Made by a program: the position numbers and the translations under genes
Notes under the pieces: model-generated
Database searches by the model: none
What the model saw: only the letters and a program-made list of their open reading frames with translations
Told to the model about the DNA's origin: nothing
Assembly (NCBI GenBank): GCA_951406725.2
Contig: OX597814.1
Span: 207,018,001-207,082,000, forward strand
Direction: 5' to 3'
Length of the DNA stretch: 64,000 nt
Source: Octopus vulgaris
Lineage: Eukaryota
Shown here: positions 1-12,356 of the stretch, piece by piece
How positions within the stretch are numbered: position 1 is the stretch's first letter
Layout of the letters: each line of letters opens with the position of its first letter

Positions 1-464
1 ATTTGGTATAATTCTTCTATACATTGGTCACATCTACTGCCTACCCAATATGTTTAGCTGTACTAATTATTTTCCATTCCAAAGAATAGCTGTGGTTCAT
101 ATCTTTAATTAAGCAGATTAGTTTGCCTAGGACTAATACTATTCGTGTTATTTCTATCCCGAAATGAATTTAAGTGATTGGCCAGCCTGCTCTTGAAATT
201 AAGAGAACTGACCCCCTATGTAGAAATACATCCTTCCTTTAGAAGTGAGTTTGCATCTATAGACTAGGTTCTTCATCAAACATCTTGGTCTAATGGGAAT
301 ACTTCAGTATGCCCATTGAACTCAAGATGTTTGATACTTAGTACAGCTAAACTGTATTGAGCAGGACAAAAAAGATATGAGTCATGTGTAGAAGAAATGT
401 ACTCTCTGTGCATACATTAGTATGCCATCACTAATTGTGTATAGGTTCATGTCTTGCTTCCGTT

Positions 465-848
465 TTGCACCAGTCCTGGTATTTTGAGGATGAAAGCTTT
501 AATGTGTAGCTATATGTACTGGCCAAAAATGGATAGAAAAATTGAAAATTTAGTGAAAAGCTGCAGATGATGTGCTCTAACAGCAAAATTATTTAGATGA
601 TAAAAGGTGAACCTTGGCCAAAAGTAGATGTTCCGTGGTTGAGACTACACATCGAATTCACTGGTTCCTTAAATGTTTCATACTACTTAGTGGCGGTTGT
701 TTGTGAGATTTGGTACCCTAGACACAGTAGTATCTGACAATGGAATAAAATGTGTGTGCTTTGAATTTTAAAAATTTTGTGAAGCATTCCCAGTAGAACA
801 TGTAACATACTATCCCAGATCTACTCAACTGGCAGAACGCTTTGTCAT
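465..848 (+). mobile_element. Degenerate Ty3/Gypsy LTR-retrotransposon integrase fragment
   Basis: Broken translation PGILRMKALMCSYMYWPKMD..IENLVKSCR*CAL (HHCC zinc finger), then PWLRLHIEFTGSLN and AERFV; stops and frameshifts present. Confidence 0.75.
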
Positions 849-849
849 A

Positions 850-3185
850 TCACCACAACCTGTAATGGTTTTGGGCAAGTCTAAGGCATCTGTTTGTGAT
901 ATGGGTAATGGTTTCATCCACTCTATTGCAGATGCAGCACAGCGGAGATATTTGCTCATTCCTAAAGTTGACTCTCCAGTTCGTAGCCAAAGCCTGGTCC
1001 TGCGCTGCCACTATTGTAGTCTCAGTCTCTTTTTTTTTTAAGAGTTCCTTTCATCAGCTATTTCCACTTATTTTTTCCAGCAACTTCTGCAGTGGTTACA
1101 TGGAATTGTGTAGTCCCTTCTTGCATAATTCTTCTTCTTGTCCATTTTGTATTTCTTCCTTTGCTCTCCCTTTTTTCCCTGCTCTCAATACTCCCCCGTT
1201 CCTAACTGTCACTAGCAGGGTTTCCCTGCTTTGGGTTACTTATCTCATTAATCTCTTGAGTTCGATATGCACGCAGTCTTCCACACTTATCTCTCCTCTT
1301 CCTGTATAGGCGATCAGTGGATGATGGGCTCCATGCATCATTAGGGGCTTACTTAACTTCCTGTCCATCTCTTTTAGCTCTCCCTCTGTCCACTTCAGGA
1401 TTCCAGGGCCATACCGAACTACTGCGACTGTGCACAAGTTTATTGCCGAAATTATGTTTCTAACATTCAGCTTTGAAGCCAGTACTTTTCTCACTCACCG
1501 CAGGTACTCTCTTTTTGTCTTTCCCTCCATGTCATTGTGTCTGATTCCATCTGCCTCAAGTATTCCCTTGTAATCATAGTTGGATTGAGGTTGAATTGCC
1601 TTCATCATTTTACCACTTGGTAACCATATGCCTTCTGTCCTGACAAGCTTTCCTCATCTCATCACCTTTGTAGCACATTTCGAGAGTCCAAACTCCATCT
1701 TAGTATTATTGGAGAAAATCTACACAGACCAGACTAGGCTGTCCAGTTTTGCCTCACTTTTTGTGAACAACTTCAAGTCGTCCATGAATAGTATGTGGTT
1801 CAGTTTTCCCTTAACCCTTCCCAGATTATACCCCAACTTTGTTTTCTGTAGCATTTCATTCAAGGGGATCATTTCCTGCACAAAGATCAGTGGGGACACA
1901 TTGTCCCCCTGGAAGATTCCTCTCTTGATTTTCACCTTTCCTAATACTTGATTCCCTGCTGTCAATTCCATTTTCAACCATTTCATACTGTTCCATATAA
2001 GGCTTCTCATATTCTCTGCTACTCCATACATTTCCATTGTTCTTATTATCCAGGTGTGTGGTATCATATCCTCTGCTTTGCGATAGTCGACCCATGCCAT
2101 GCTCAGATTTGTGTGTCTTCTCTTGCATTTCCTGATAATTAGATTAGCAATCAAGAGCTGATCCTTCATTTCCTGGCTCCTTTTACAGTTCCCTTTCTGT
2201 TTAATAGGTAGCAGCCCACTTTTTCCCAAGCATCTGTACAGTTAAGCAGCCAAATTACCTGACATTAGTTTCCACGTGAGCAGAAAGCATGTTATTGTTC
2301 TAAAGTTGGATGCAACATTTCCCTTTCCAGGATCCTTGGCACGTAACAATGTCTTTCCCTTTGTCTTCCAGCTGGGTACTGCACCTTCCTGCGAGCACTC
2401 ATCTAGCTGTTGCACTCTTCTTTGATGGATCCCTCTCAGCTTCTTCATCCAATAATCTGGAACCCCATCCAGTCCTGGGCTTTTCCAATTTGGGAATTTT
2501 CTTAACTGCTTTTTTATCATTTCTGTAGTTATTTTTATGTCTTTTTTGCCTTCTATATTTCTTAACCTATCTTGGATTTCATGCAGCCACTCTGCTTCAT
2601 TATTATCATCTGCAGATTGGTACCAGATCTCTCTCCAAAATGCCCTACTTTCCTCTGCTTCTGGTATCATTGTTATGTGTAATTGCCCATCCAGTTCCTG
2701 AAACAGTTACTTCTCAGATGCTTCTAACAATCTGTTCTGCTTGAATTATTTTCTTCTATCTTTCCTGTTTTGCTTTGATTGCTCCAACTCTTTGTTTCAT
2801 TTCTTCCAATATCTCATCATACAATTTATCTCTTATTCCATCTGTCCTTTCCAGCATCATTCTTATACTTTCATTCTGCAATTCCCCTCTTCTCAATCTA
2901 TCAACTTGTCCTAAATGTCTTTGTTCCTTACAAATTCCTCGACACCAGAACGGTTCTTTACATTCTGTTTGTTCTTTCCTTTTCTATCTAAGTCTATCTG
3001 CAGCAACAGTTGCTGCACCCCAAATAATCTTGTTGGTTTCAGTGATATTTCTCGTATGGAACAGCCCAACAACTGAATCTATCTTTTCAGTTTCAACTTT
3101 GAGCTTCTGTTGATCAACCTCAGATTGTGGTGGGGTACTTGGTCTTCTCTAATATATTAGCACAGTATCCTCACTATGTCTTGAT
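850..3185 (-). mobile_element. Degenerate R4/Dong-clade (RLE-type) non-LTR retrotransposon, RT region
   Basis: ORFs 2242-2670 (KSPGLDGV..YW), 1720-2229 ([24 protein letters not shown]) and 1240-1494; CCHC remnant near 870-935. Confidence 0.85.
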
Positions 3186-3224
3186 GGTTATCATTGTATT
3201 CTTACGACATAACTCTTACTTATT

Positions 3225-3560
3225 ATTATTATTATCATTATCATTATCGAGTGAGAGAGCAGTACATGCCATCAAAGTGACACTGTGGTAAAATATACGA
3301 AGCCCAGTATACCCATCGTGAGTACCCATCTGATAAGAGTACACCAGGCACAAGCATATGTACACGACATGGTGATCTCATATCAAGATAAACAGCACAT
3401 GACATTGCAGCTGGGGCCCAGTTAGAATTTTCTTCAGGTTGAGTAACCCATCCTGCTCAAAAGGTCTCTGAATAAGGGTTGTTTAAGGATGTTGAACGAT
3501 CCACCCATGTTTCCAAAGGTGAATTATCCAAACCTCCAAGAATTCCTTTCAACACACGGC

Positions 3561-3605
<45 letters not shown>
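3225..3605 (-). repeat. Truncated copy of an unclassified ~560 bp interspersed repeat flanked by (ATT)n
   Basis: Matches 3685-4010, 17954-18225 and 18347-18665. Confidence 0.7.
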
Positions 3606-3606
<1 letters not shown>

Positions 3607-3672
3607 TAGGTAGCGAACTAGCAGAATTGTTAGCAGGTCAGGCAAAATGCCTGATGGTATTCCATCGGTCTT

Positions 3673-4259
3673 TATTATTATTATTGAGTGAGAGAGCAGT
3701 TCATGCCATCAAAGTGACACTGGGGTAAAATATACGAAGCCCAATATACCCATCATGACTACCCGTCTGATAAGGCCACACCAGGCACATGCATCACAAC
3801 CATATGTACGCGACATGGTGATCTCATATCAAGGTAAACAGCACATGACATTGCAGGTGGGGCCCAGTTAGAATTTTCTTCAGGTTGAGTAGCCCATCCC
3901 ACTCAAACGGTCCCTGAATAAGGGTTGTTTAAGGATGTTGAAAGAACCACCCATGTTTCCAGAGGTGAATTATTCAAACCCCAAAGAATCCCTCTCAACA
4001 CATGGCTATGATGCTCCCCAAATACTTCTGCTCGCGATCAGAGATGCACATATCGTCAGCCACTAAGGGACATGCTCAACTGGTTAAGGTCAAACAACTG
4101 ACAAGCAAATCTATGGTATTGAGCAGAATATTTGCTGTAGCCCATCTTTTATACCAAGACAAAACAATGTACATGATAACACTTCCAATCAGTTAAGATC
4201 AGAAGCCATGAGAGCCATTGCCTGGTACTGCATCAGGGCATTTATTATTATTATTATTA

Positions 4260-4300
<41 letters not shown>
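3673..4300 (-). repeat. Unclassified SINE-like repeat embedded in (ATT)n microsatellite
   Basis: Non-coding, ATT repeats on both sides; duplicated at about 18335-18980. Confidence 0.7.
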
Positions 4301-4319
4301 TTGTTGTTGTTGTTGTTAT

Positions 4320-4545
4320 AATGTGACAAGCTTATTGAATCAGTAGCACGCCAGACAAAATGCTTAGCAACATGTCATCCATTTATGCAGTCTGAGTTCA
4401 GTCATCTGTGAATAACTTTGCCTTTCATCCTTTCAGGGTCAATAAAATGAATACTGGTCAAGCACTGACCAGTATTCATTTTGATGTGATGGACAAGCCC
4501 CCTCCTTTAAAATTTCAGGCCTTGTGCCTATAATCGAAAGGATTA
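4320..4545 (+). mobile_element. Degenerate tRNA-derived SINE with Meta-domain-like core
   Basis: GCCTTTCATCCTTTCAGGGTCAATAAAATGAATACTGG core; copy at about 19005-19230. Confidence 0.6.
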
Positions 4546-4708
4546 TTATTATTGTTGTTGTTGTTGTTGTTGTTCCCTAACACAGAGCTTTTATGTTTGG
4601 GTTGTATTTTTTGCTTTACTATTCAGCATATTAACAATCCTAAAACCATTGCTAATGGTCCAGGAGAGGCATACTAGCCCAGACTTGGCTTGGCACATAT
4701 GGTTACAC

Positions 4709-5084
4709 TTTTTTACTCTTTTACTTGTTTCACTCATTTGACCGTGGCCATGCTGGAGCACCACTTTTAGTCGAGCAAATCGACCCCGGGGCTTATTCTT
4801 TGTAAGCCTAGTACTTATTCTATCGGTCTCTTTTGCCGAACCACTAGGTTATGGGAACGTAAACACACTAGTATCAGTTGTCAAGTGATGTTGGGGGGAC
4901 AAACATACACACACACACACATATATATGACGGACTTCTTTCAGTTTCTGTCTACCAAATCCACTCACAAGGCTTTGGTTGGCCCAAGGCTATAGTAGAA
5001 GACACTTGCCCAAGGTACTATGCAGTGGGACTGAACCAGGAACCATGTGGTTCGTAAGCAAGCTACTTACCACACAGCCACTCC
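4709..5084 (-). mobile_element. tRNA-derived octopus-type SINE
   Basis: Minus-strand head GGAGTGGCTGTGTGGTAAG...GGTTCAGTCCCACTGC (A/B boxes); same family at 19395, 54946 and 62245. Confidence 0.8.
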
Positions 5085-5756
5085 TTGTTGAAGAAAAGCA
5101 AGACTTAGTAGTTCAATAGCAGCGGAAGATGAAAGATATGTCTTGTCAAGAAAAAGCATTACATTCAAGAACTCTCTTCATCCACACACTTAACTAAAAC
5201 CTAAACTGCAAGGGTGAGGTTTAATGCTCCGGCCCATATGAAAGGATTATAAACATTAGGACTTTGACTATCAGTCTCTCCACTACCACAAGTGAAAGTC
5301 CTACGACAGAGTTTTCCTGGAATACTATGAAACTCTGTTGTTACTTTTCACATCATTTCCTCTCGCAGCTGAAATTGTGTCTCTTTCAGCATGGTTAGCA
5401 TGGTTTTTAATTTTGTGGAAGAGCCGAAAGTCACATGGTGCCAAGTCAGGAGTGTAGGAGGCCTGTCAAACAAATGGTGTGTTGTTCTTGACCAGGAGAT
5501 CTTGGATTTGACTCTCTTATTGCACTGACACTCCCCACATGCACAGATCATTCATTAAAATGGAATGCATTATTTTCACAGCTTCCACAAACCAGATGTG
5601 GAACTTGCTGACAGAAAGCTACTGCAACTTTTCCATACCAACCACTCTGATGAGCACAGTCTTAGATAATCACCTAATTACCCAATATCAGGTGCAAAAC
5701 AAATTTGTAAGAATGGTTGAAATAGATTTATAATACTGAATAGTTTATGCTTAATA

Positions 5757-6010
5757 TGCCCATTCCATGGTGGGGACACTGGCAACGGGTGGTGTCAGAG
5801 CTATGCCGTCGGGAACTTCGGTTCCTGGTAGTGCCACCCAAGGCGGATTGGTCTGACACCGAGTGGTATTAGGGACACAACCCGGCAGAGGGGGCTCTGG
5901 TAAAAATCCTCGGAGTGTATGCTTCAGTAACCGGCGGCTCCTCGGCCGTTCTGTCTCTGTGTCTGCGGACAATCTGCGGCAAACAAGATGTCTCCACATG
6001 TGGAATTGTT
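5757..6010 (+). mobile_element. Probable 5' UTR fragment of an RTE/Expander-like LINE
   Basis: GC-rich GAGCTATGCCGTCGGGAAC..GTTCCTGGTAGTGCCACCCAAGGCGG resembles RTE 5' ends as I recall them; copy at about 20632-20885. Confidence 0.4.
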
Positions 6011-6801
6011 GGGGACCGCTTGTGAAATCCACATATCCCCACGAAACTTCTTCGACACAAGAAGCCGACACAACCCACCCAGAGAGAATGTCGCCACAAG
6101 TGCAAGTAAGTAATATACCCACTCTGTTGAAAAATGTACGAGTGCGTGTTTTTCTGACTTACAGACTCACGGACTGTATCATTATCCTCATCCTCATTTA
6201 ATGTCCATCATTTATTCTGGCATGGGTTACACAGTTTGACAGGATCTGGTGACCACCAGATCTGTTTTAGGCTCCACGCTCAGCTTTGGCATGGTTTCTA
6301 TGGCTGACTGGCTGGCTGGTTGCCCTTCATATTGCCAACCATTTTACAGTGTGCTTTTCTCATGGCACCAGCACTGGTGAGGTCACCAAGTATCTTGCAA
6401 AACAAAGCAAAGAATGGAAAAGGATAAAAACCCCTAATGGAATTGGGGTGGGGAAATGCCTTGTTGCCTTGGGTAGAAATTCTAAAGTTTGCCAGAGGGT
6501 CAAACATAGTTGTCTGGATATAGGGGAGACTCATGGCCTCCTTATATTTATGCAAGGGTGCATGACAGTATCTGGAGGGGAGAAAGATGGTGGTAATAGG
6601 GTTCCAGAGCACACTTTCCATAACCTAGTGGTTTATGAAAGGATATTGATAGAATAAGTATCTGGCTTTAAAATATTAATGTATTGGGTTGATTCATTTG
6701 ACTAAAAATTCTTCAACGTGGTGCCCCAGCATGGCCACATTCGAATGACTGAAACAAGTAAAAGATACACACACACACTGATATTTGTCTATTTTTTTCA
6801 G

Positions 6802-6938
6802 ACACTGCATCATCGAAAGCATCCCTTCCTGGTTCACAACAGGAACCCTCTTCTGTGGTACACAGAACTAATGTGGCATCTGGAGAAAATGCTGGCATTA
6901 AAATAAACCTAATGATTGATTCAATTTCTAATGTATCT
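6802..6938 (+). CDS. Macro-PARP (PARP14/15-like) exon A1: linker and macrodomain start
   Basis: TTTTTTTCAG| acceptor, |GTGAGT donor; 137 nt, phase 1 to 0; TASSKASLPGSQQEPSSVVHRTNVASGENAGIKINLMIDSISNVS. Confidence 0.85.
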
Positions 6939-7258
6939 GTGAGTAAATAGATTCACGTAACTTATTTATATTTAATTGTTATTTCATTTTCAAATGAGGA
7001 ATCATTACAGTTAATTAAAACATTTAATCATTACAGTTAATTAAAACATTTAATTAAAACGTTTTCTCAATCTAACTCAAACATTTTATTTCCTTCACAT
7101 CTGATATCTTGAATATATCTTTTGCTAACTTTAACAACCTCAGACTTACTACAGCCATTCTGTAGAGCCTTTCTTAACAACAATATCAACTGCAACAATG
7201 TATCTCTCTTCTCTCCATGGAATGTTCCTTAGCTGTTTATTATTAATTACTTTTGTAG

Positions 7259-7486
7259 GTTGATGTCATCGTTAACAGCAGCAATGAAGAACTCCAGCTT
7301 GACAGTGGTGCTGTCTCCAAATCTATTCTCAATGCTGCTTGTCTAGAGATACAAGATGAATGTAACCAGAAATATCCTCGAGGTATTTCTACGTCTGAAA
7401 TTGCCATCACTAAAGGATATTGCCTCAAATGTAAGAATGTATTTCATCTGGCATTACCTGAGTGGGATGAAAATTCCTCTGATTCA
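7259..7486 (+). CDS. Macro-PARP exon B1 (macrodomain core)
   Basis: TTTTGTAG| and |GTAAGT; 228 nt; VDVIVNSSNEELQLDSGAVSKSILNAACLEIQDECNQKYPRGISTSEIAITKGYCLKCKNVFHLALPEWDENSSDS, a BAL/PARP14-type macro pattern. Confidence 0.92.
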
Positions 7487-7518
7487 GTAAGTATCAATCA
7501 TATTATATTGATTTATTG

Positions 7519-7733
7519 GAAGGCAGTGAGCTGGCAGATATGTTAGGATGCTGGGCGAAATGCTTAGCAATATTTCATCTGTCTTTACATTCTGAGTTCA
7601 AATTCCACCAATGTCGACTCTGCCTTTCATCCTTTTGGGTCAATAAATTAAGTACCAGTTGTGTATTGGGGTCAATCTAATCGACTGGACCCCTCCTACA
7701 AAATTTCAGGCCTTGTGCCTAAAGTAAAAAAGG
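7519..7733 (+). mobile_element. tRNA-derived SINE (Meta-like core) with 14-bp target-site duplication
   Basis: TSD ATATTGATTTATTG at 7505-7518 and 7734-7747; empty site in cassette 3 near 37823. Confidence 0.85.
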
Positions 7734-7837
7734 ATATTGATTTATTGAAACAGTTAATAATTGAGAAGAATCTTATGCATGTTCATTATTTATATTATTA
7801 CATTTGACGGATATTTGTCCTCATCTTGTTTGTTGTT

Positions 7838-7883
7838 AACACAACGTTTCAGCTGATATACCCTCCAGCCTTCATCAGGTGTC
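7838..7883 (-). ncRNA. Minimal type I hammerhead ribozyme motif
   Basis: GACAC-CTGATGA-AGGCTG..CAGCT-GAAA-CGTT-GTGTT on the minus strand. Confidence 0.65.
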
Positions 7884-8181
7884 TTGGGGAAATTTCAAAC
7901 CTGGGTTCTCATTCCTAAGGTATTTTTCGATGTTATTATTATTATTACTATTCAGGTCACTACCTGGAATCAAACTCGGAATAAAGGGGTTAGTAGCCCG
8001 CACTCTCTATCACCATGCCGTATGCCTACAGGCATACGGCATAGTGGTTAAAGTGTGGGCTACTAATCCCTAGATTCTGAGTTCAATTCTAGACAGTGAC
8101 CTGAATAATAATAATAATAATAGTAATAATAACATTGAAAAATACCTTAGGAATGAGAACCCAGCTTCGAAATTTCCCCAA

Positions 8182-8227
8182 GACACCTGATGAAGGCTGG
8201 AGGGTATATCAGTTGAAATGTTGTGTT
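8182..8227 (+). ncRNA. Minimal type I hammerhead ribozyme motif (decayed)
   Basis: GACAC-CTGATGA-AGGCTG..CAGTT-GAAA-TGTT-GTGTT. Confidence 0.5.
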
Positions 8228-8700
8228 AGCAACAAACAAGATGAGGACAAATATCTGTCAAATGTAAATAATGTACATAATTCCTCATCTCTTAAATATA
8301 GAACTGTATCAGTTATATGACTGATAAATAAGACTATATTAAAACATATTTCTGTGTTTTACTGTCTGTATTGGTGAGTTTTTCTCTGTCATGGCACGAG
8401 CACTAGAGAGGTTGTCATGTCCTCAACAACACTAAAGACTCCTCTTGGGTCTGCATTGTCTCTCTTCATTCACCAACCATTTCACACGGTGGATGGGGTC
8501 TGTTTTATTGTAGCAGCATCATGAGTGAGGTTGCCTTGTCCCTTGCAGGACTAAAGAGTGATAGGAATGACAGATGTGTTTAGAAGTGGTAGGAGTGAGA
8601 GGAGGATATATTTATTACAACTTAATGGTTTCTTCCTGTAATAAGAAAATAATTTAATAAAATGTTCATTAACAATTACTAAACAATTATATTTTATTAG

Positions 8701-8928
8701 ATTCTGGCAAACTTGACTCAAATAATGACCATTTGTCTGGAAGAAGCTGAGAGAATGGGTGCAAAAAGCCTGGCATTTCCTATATTAGGGGCTGAAATGA
8801 AATACCCCATTGAAAAACTACCCAGAACAATGTATGAAGCAGTGAAAAACTACTCGGATCAAAAATCAAGCCAGATCAAAGATGTTTACTTTGTGGTTTT
8901 ACCTGAAGAAGACACAGAAATAGTAAAG
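8701..8928 (+). CDS. Macro-PARP exon C1 (macrodomain C-terminal half)
   Basis: TTTTATTAG| and AAG|GTTGGT; 228 nt; ILANLTQIMTICLEEAERMGAKSLAFPILGAEMKYPIEKLPRTMYEAVKNYSDQKSSQIKDVYFVVLPEEDTEIVK. Confidence 0.92.
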
Positions 8929-9239
8929 GTTGGTTGATGGATTTGTTGTTTTATGTTGATATTTTTGGAATTCATCGAAAAAAATATTCTGCAACAAAGG
9001 AAGGAAATAGAAACAAAAATATAGTACTGTGCAAAAGTCTTTGGCCACTTTAAACAATTGTAAATTTCTAGTAATTGCCAACTTATAAGTGGATTTGTCA
9101 CATTGTGTTTGTTTACAGATGAAACATTGGCCCTGTTGGAGTTAATTCCATACTTAATCATTGTATTTTGTAGTAGAAGTTCCGAATGAGAGGGGAAGAT
9201 GTGATGAGGCTTTCTGACAAATTCTCACTTATATGTTGA

Positions 9240-9470
9240 CACGTTAAAAGCACCATTCGACCGTGGCCGTTGCCAGCCTCGCCTGGCATGTAAAAAGCAC
9301 CCACTACACTCACAGAGTGGTTGGCGTTAGGAAGGGCATCCAGCTGTAGAAACATTGCCAGATCAGACTGGGCCTGGTGCAGCTTTCTGGCTTCCCAGAC
9401 CCCAGTTGAACCGTCCAACCCATGCTAGCATGGAAAGCGGATGCTAAACGATGATGATGATGATGATGAT
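9240..9470 (+). mobile_element. 3' tail of an RTE-type LINE or derived SINE with (GAT)n end
   Basis: GGTTGGCGTTAGGAAGGGCATCCAGC..(GAT)n, same as the 3' end of the RTE at 48620-49980; copy at 24179-24409. Confidence 0.8.
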
Positions 9471-10269
9471 GAATGCCACCTTAGAAAAGAGCTCGTATTG
9501 GTCACAAAACTGGTCAGAGCAGAGACATTAAAGAGAAGGAGAGCAAATGAATCCTCACACGGGACTGCACTAAGACATTCACAAAATGCTGCTTACACAG
9601 CCAATGCGAGAGCCATGGAAGCGAGGGGCAGAGTAGTAGTTGCCTGATCAGAAATGCTGCATTAACAGCTTCATTACACACAAACCTGAGTCAGTCACAG
9701 CACATTATTCTTTGTAATAGGGATGCTACATCAACTGCAGCCACGTGAGCTGCAGAGAATGAAGAACAGCATGCCATTCGATAGTCTTTCTTTTTTATAT
9801 GTATTTTCATCAATTTCAAGTCATTATATACCCATATGTTTCAAATTTTCAAAGAAAAACCAGTAATTTTCTCTGTCTTTGCAGTTGTGACATATTTCAA
9901 AAATATTTTGTACATTTTTGTGAATTTTGGTACATTTTGGTATGGAATTTTATACATTTTCCAAAAAAGCTTTGGCAGCCCAAGTTGTTAGACTAGAAAA
10001 TAAGTGTTCTTAGAATGACGAAGCATTCAAACCCTTTGCAACCCCAAGTACCTCTGCTTGTAGTAATTATAATTAGCAGTACAAAACGAGGATTAGATGT
10101 ATGCCAGGCTGGACAAACAAGAGTTGATTATCTGAACATTTTCTTTTACTTACTTCCACTTCATGAGGCAAGGATTGATGAGTTAAGAAATGGAAGAATG
10201 GTAACCCTTAACGCTCTCGAGCCATTGTACAGGACACACTGAGAGAAACAAAAGCCCATAAAACAATAG

Positions 10270-11000
10270 GAGTTAAAAGTCATCGATAAGAATGAATGAT
10301 GCAACATCAAATGGAAAAGTGTCTACATCCAGTTTAGGACACAAACAAACTTGTGTTGCAAGAGGGAAGAGATATGGCACCGTTGAGGTGAAATTTTTCT
10401 GACAGGAGAAGGCAAGGAAGCACTTCACTTTGAACCTAAAAAATGAAACCTGCTTCTGTTACCCATATACTTGGGTTAGAGAGTGGTGAAAATAAAAACT
10501 ACAGACATACCACCAGAAATAAACATCTGCTGGTTGGTGGCAGTTGTCCTTCTGGACATTGAGGGTCACACAAACATCGTACGTGTGTGGAAAGTTGGGC
10601 AAGACTTAGAGTTGTGGGTGCAAATAGATTACAAAACTTAATAAACAATTCTGGACATCATAAATTTACCACATGACACCAAACTCCAGATACCCTTTGA
10701 AGGTAGAAATCTGATGTGTCACCTATGTGGGGACACAAATCATCTAAAGGTTTTCTGCCCACAACAAATGAGAGAAGGAGACCCTCACTTCTGCCAACAC
10801 CATCACCACTACCACCACAACCACAACAGCAGATGCAAGTGACTACTATGGATATAAAAGCAACTGCAACAGGAATCACAGCAACACTGACAACAAGAAC
10901 AACAGCAACAAACAGAACAGAGAACTCACAAACGTCTACGGCTTTAATATGCCAGGGAGTAGCAAAAGCAACAGCATCAGAATTTGCCAAAACATGAACT
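10270..11000 (+). mobile_element. Degenerate gag/ORF1-like retroelement fragment with CCHC zinc knuckle
   Basis: CHLCGDTNHLKVFC (CX2CX4HX4C) at 10717-10758; copy at about 25210-25940. Confidence 0.5.
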
Positions 11001-11689
11001 TTATTCTTAGCAAAAAAAACAAAAATCTCCTCTAAACATGTCCATTCCATGTTTGTATTTGTCTGATAGGTACCGACTGGATTTATTGAAAGTGCCAGTA
11101 TGGATTTTGGATGAATCGCATCAGGTCATTCAGATCGCATCTTGACAGGATGTTCTGTAGGTCAGTAGATAAGGATAGTGTAAGTTGTCCACTTTTAAAA
11201 ATCATTGGCTACATCGACCACGAATGTATGATTTCTACAGTTGACCTAGATAGGCTTAAGAAGGCAGGAACTCAGCTACTGGGAGCTGAATGTGTCACTG
11301 TTGGCATGTCAGGCTTACAGAGACTGGATTAAAGAATTAGTTAAGCATCGACAGGGGCAATCATCGACAACACATGGTAGCTTGCACTGAAAAGACCAGT
11401 TAGAGTAAAATCAATTGCCAGTAAAGATTAGTGTTAAAAAGAAATAAAATAGAAGGGAAATTAGAAACTTAGAAAAGGCAATTAGAAAATGCATCATAAC
11501 TGACATACTGGCTGTGAGATTGGCCCCTGGGTCACTTCTTCAATGCTAAACACAAAAGTTGCATTGTCAGAGCTAAAATGCTTGCACTGAGACAAGTCAG
11601 AATGAAAATCATCCAATGGACCTCAGTGGCAGAGCTCCAATACTAGCAACAAAGCCACAATTTGGTTTTTGGTGGACCAAAATGGGTAC

Positions 11690-12356
11690 ATGGTATTCGA
11701 ACCCAAGCAGAGGTGTGTGGCATTTCAACAGCACTTCACCCAACAGTTTGGAATGAATGGCAGTCCAGAACGCAGGATGAATTTCAGTGCTTACCTTGCA
11801 GACATACCATAACTCTTGGTAAGTGGGGCATAGCCTTACAAAATGTTGATAACAGCTGCAGAAATATAGGATGTGATAATGGGTTGCATAGGTGGGGGAG
11901 GTGCAAATTGCTTGATTTGGATGGTCTGCTCTATGGTCTTTACTTTATATGCCACACTTATTTGGTGGTCTTTCAGCAGATATCTACCATGACTGGCTGA
12001 AGAATAGGAGAATTTCCAATTCTGTGAGTCGAAGAACGGTGACACTGCTAATAAAGGGCCCAAACAAGGATTCTTCATGACTACATTGCATCCCATCAAG
12101 CTCTCCCCCTACCCTATTTACCAGATTTAGCACCTGTTGACTTCCATCTATTCCCCAAATGAAGAGGCAATCAAAGGTTGCTATTTTAATACCATTGTCA
12201 TGATTCAGAGGAAACTGTTGAAAGTCCTCGATCTGCTGTGCAGTTTATTGCTGTGCAAGGTAACTATTTCAAAGAAAATGATTTTTAAAACATAGGCAAA
12301 TAAGTTATTTTTTATTGAACATGATTAGTCCGGAAAGTTTTTGATAGCACTTTGTA
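11690..12356 (+). mobile_element. Mariner transposon remnant
   Basis: Decayed xPYxPDLAPxDFHLFP motif at about 12105-12155 and a mariner-like TIR ending in TA at 12326-12356; 5' boundary uncertain; copy at about 26630-27297. Confidence 0.65.

Larger units (their letters stand above)
7793..8306. mobile_element. Palindromic element: two head-to-head units of tRNA-like head + (AAT)n + hammerhead motif
   Basis: Arms are reverse complements around centre 8028-8029. Confidence 0.85.

Noticed and set aside
8713-8937. ORF-track 74-aa proteins starting MTQI (also 23652, 38416) as standalone genes
   Set aside because: They start at TTG inside internal exons bounded by AG/GT and are parts of the spliced macrodomain gene.
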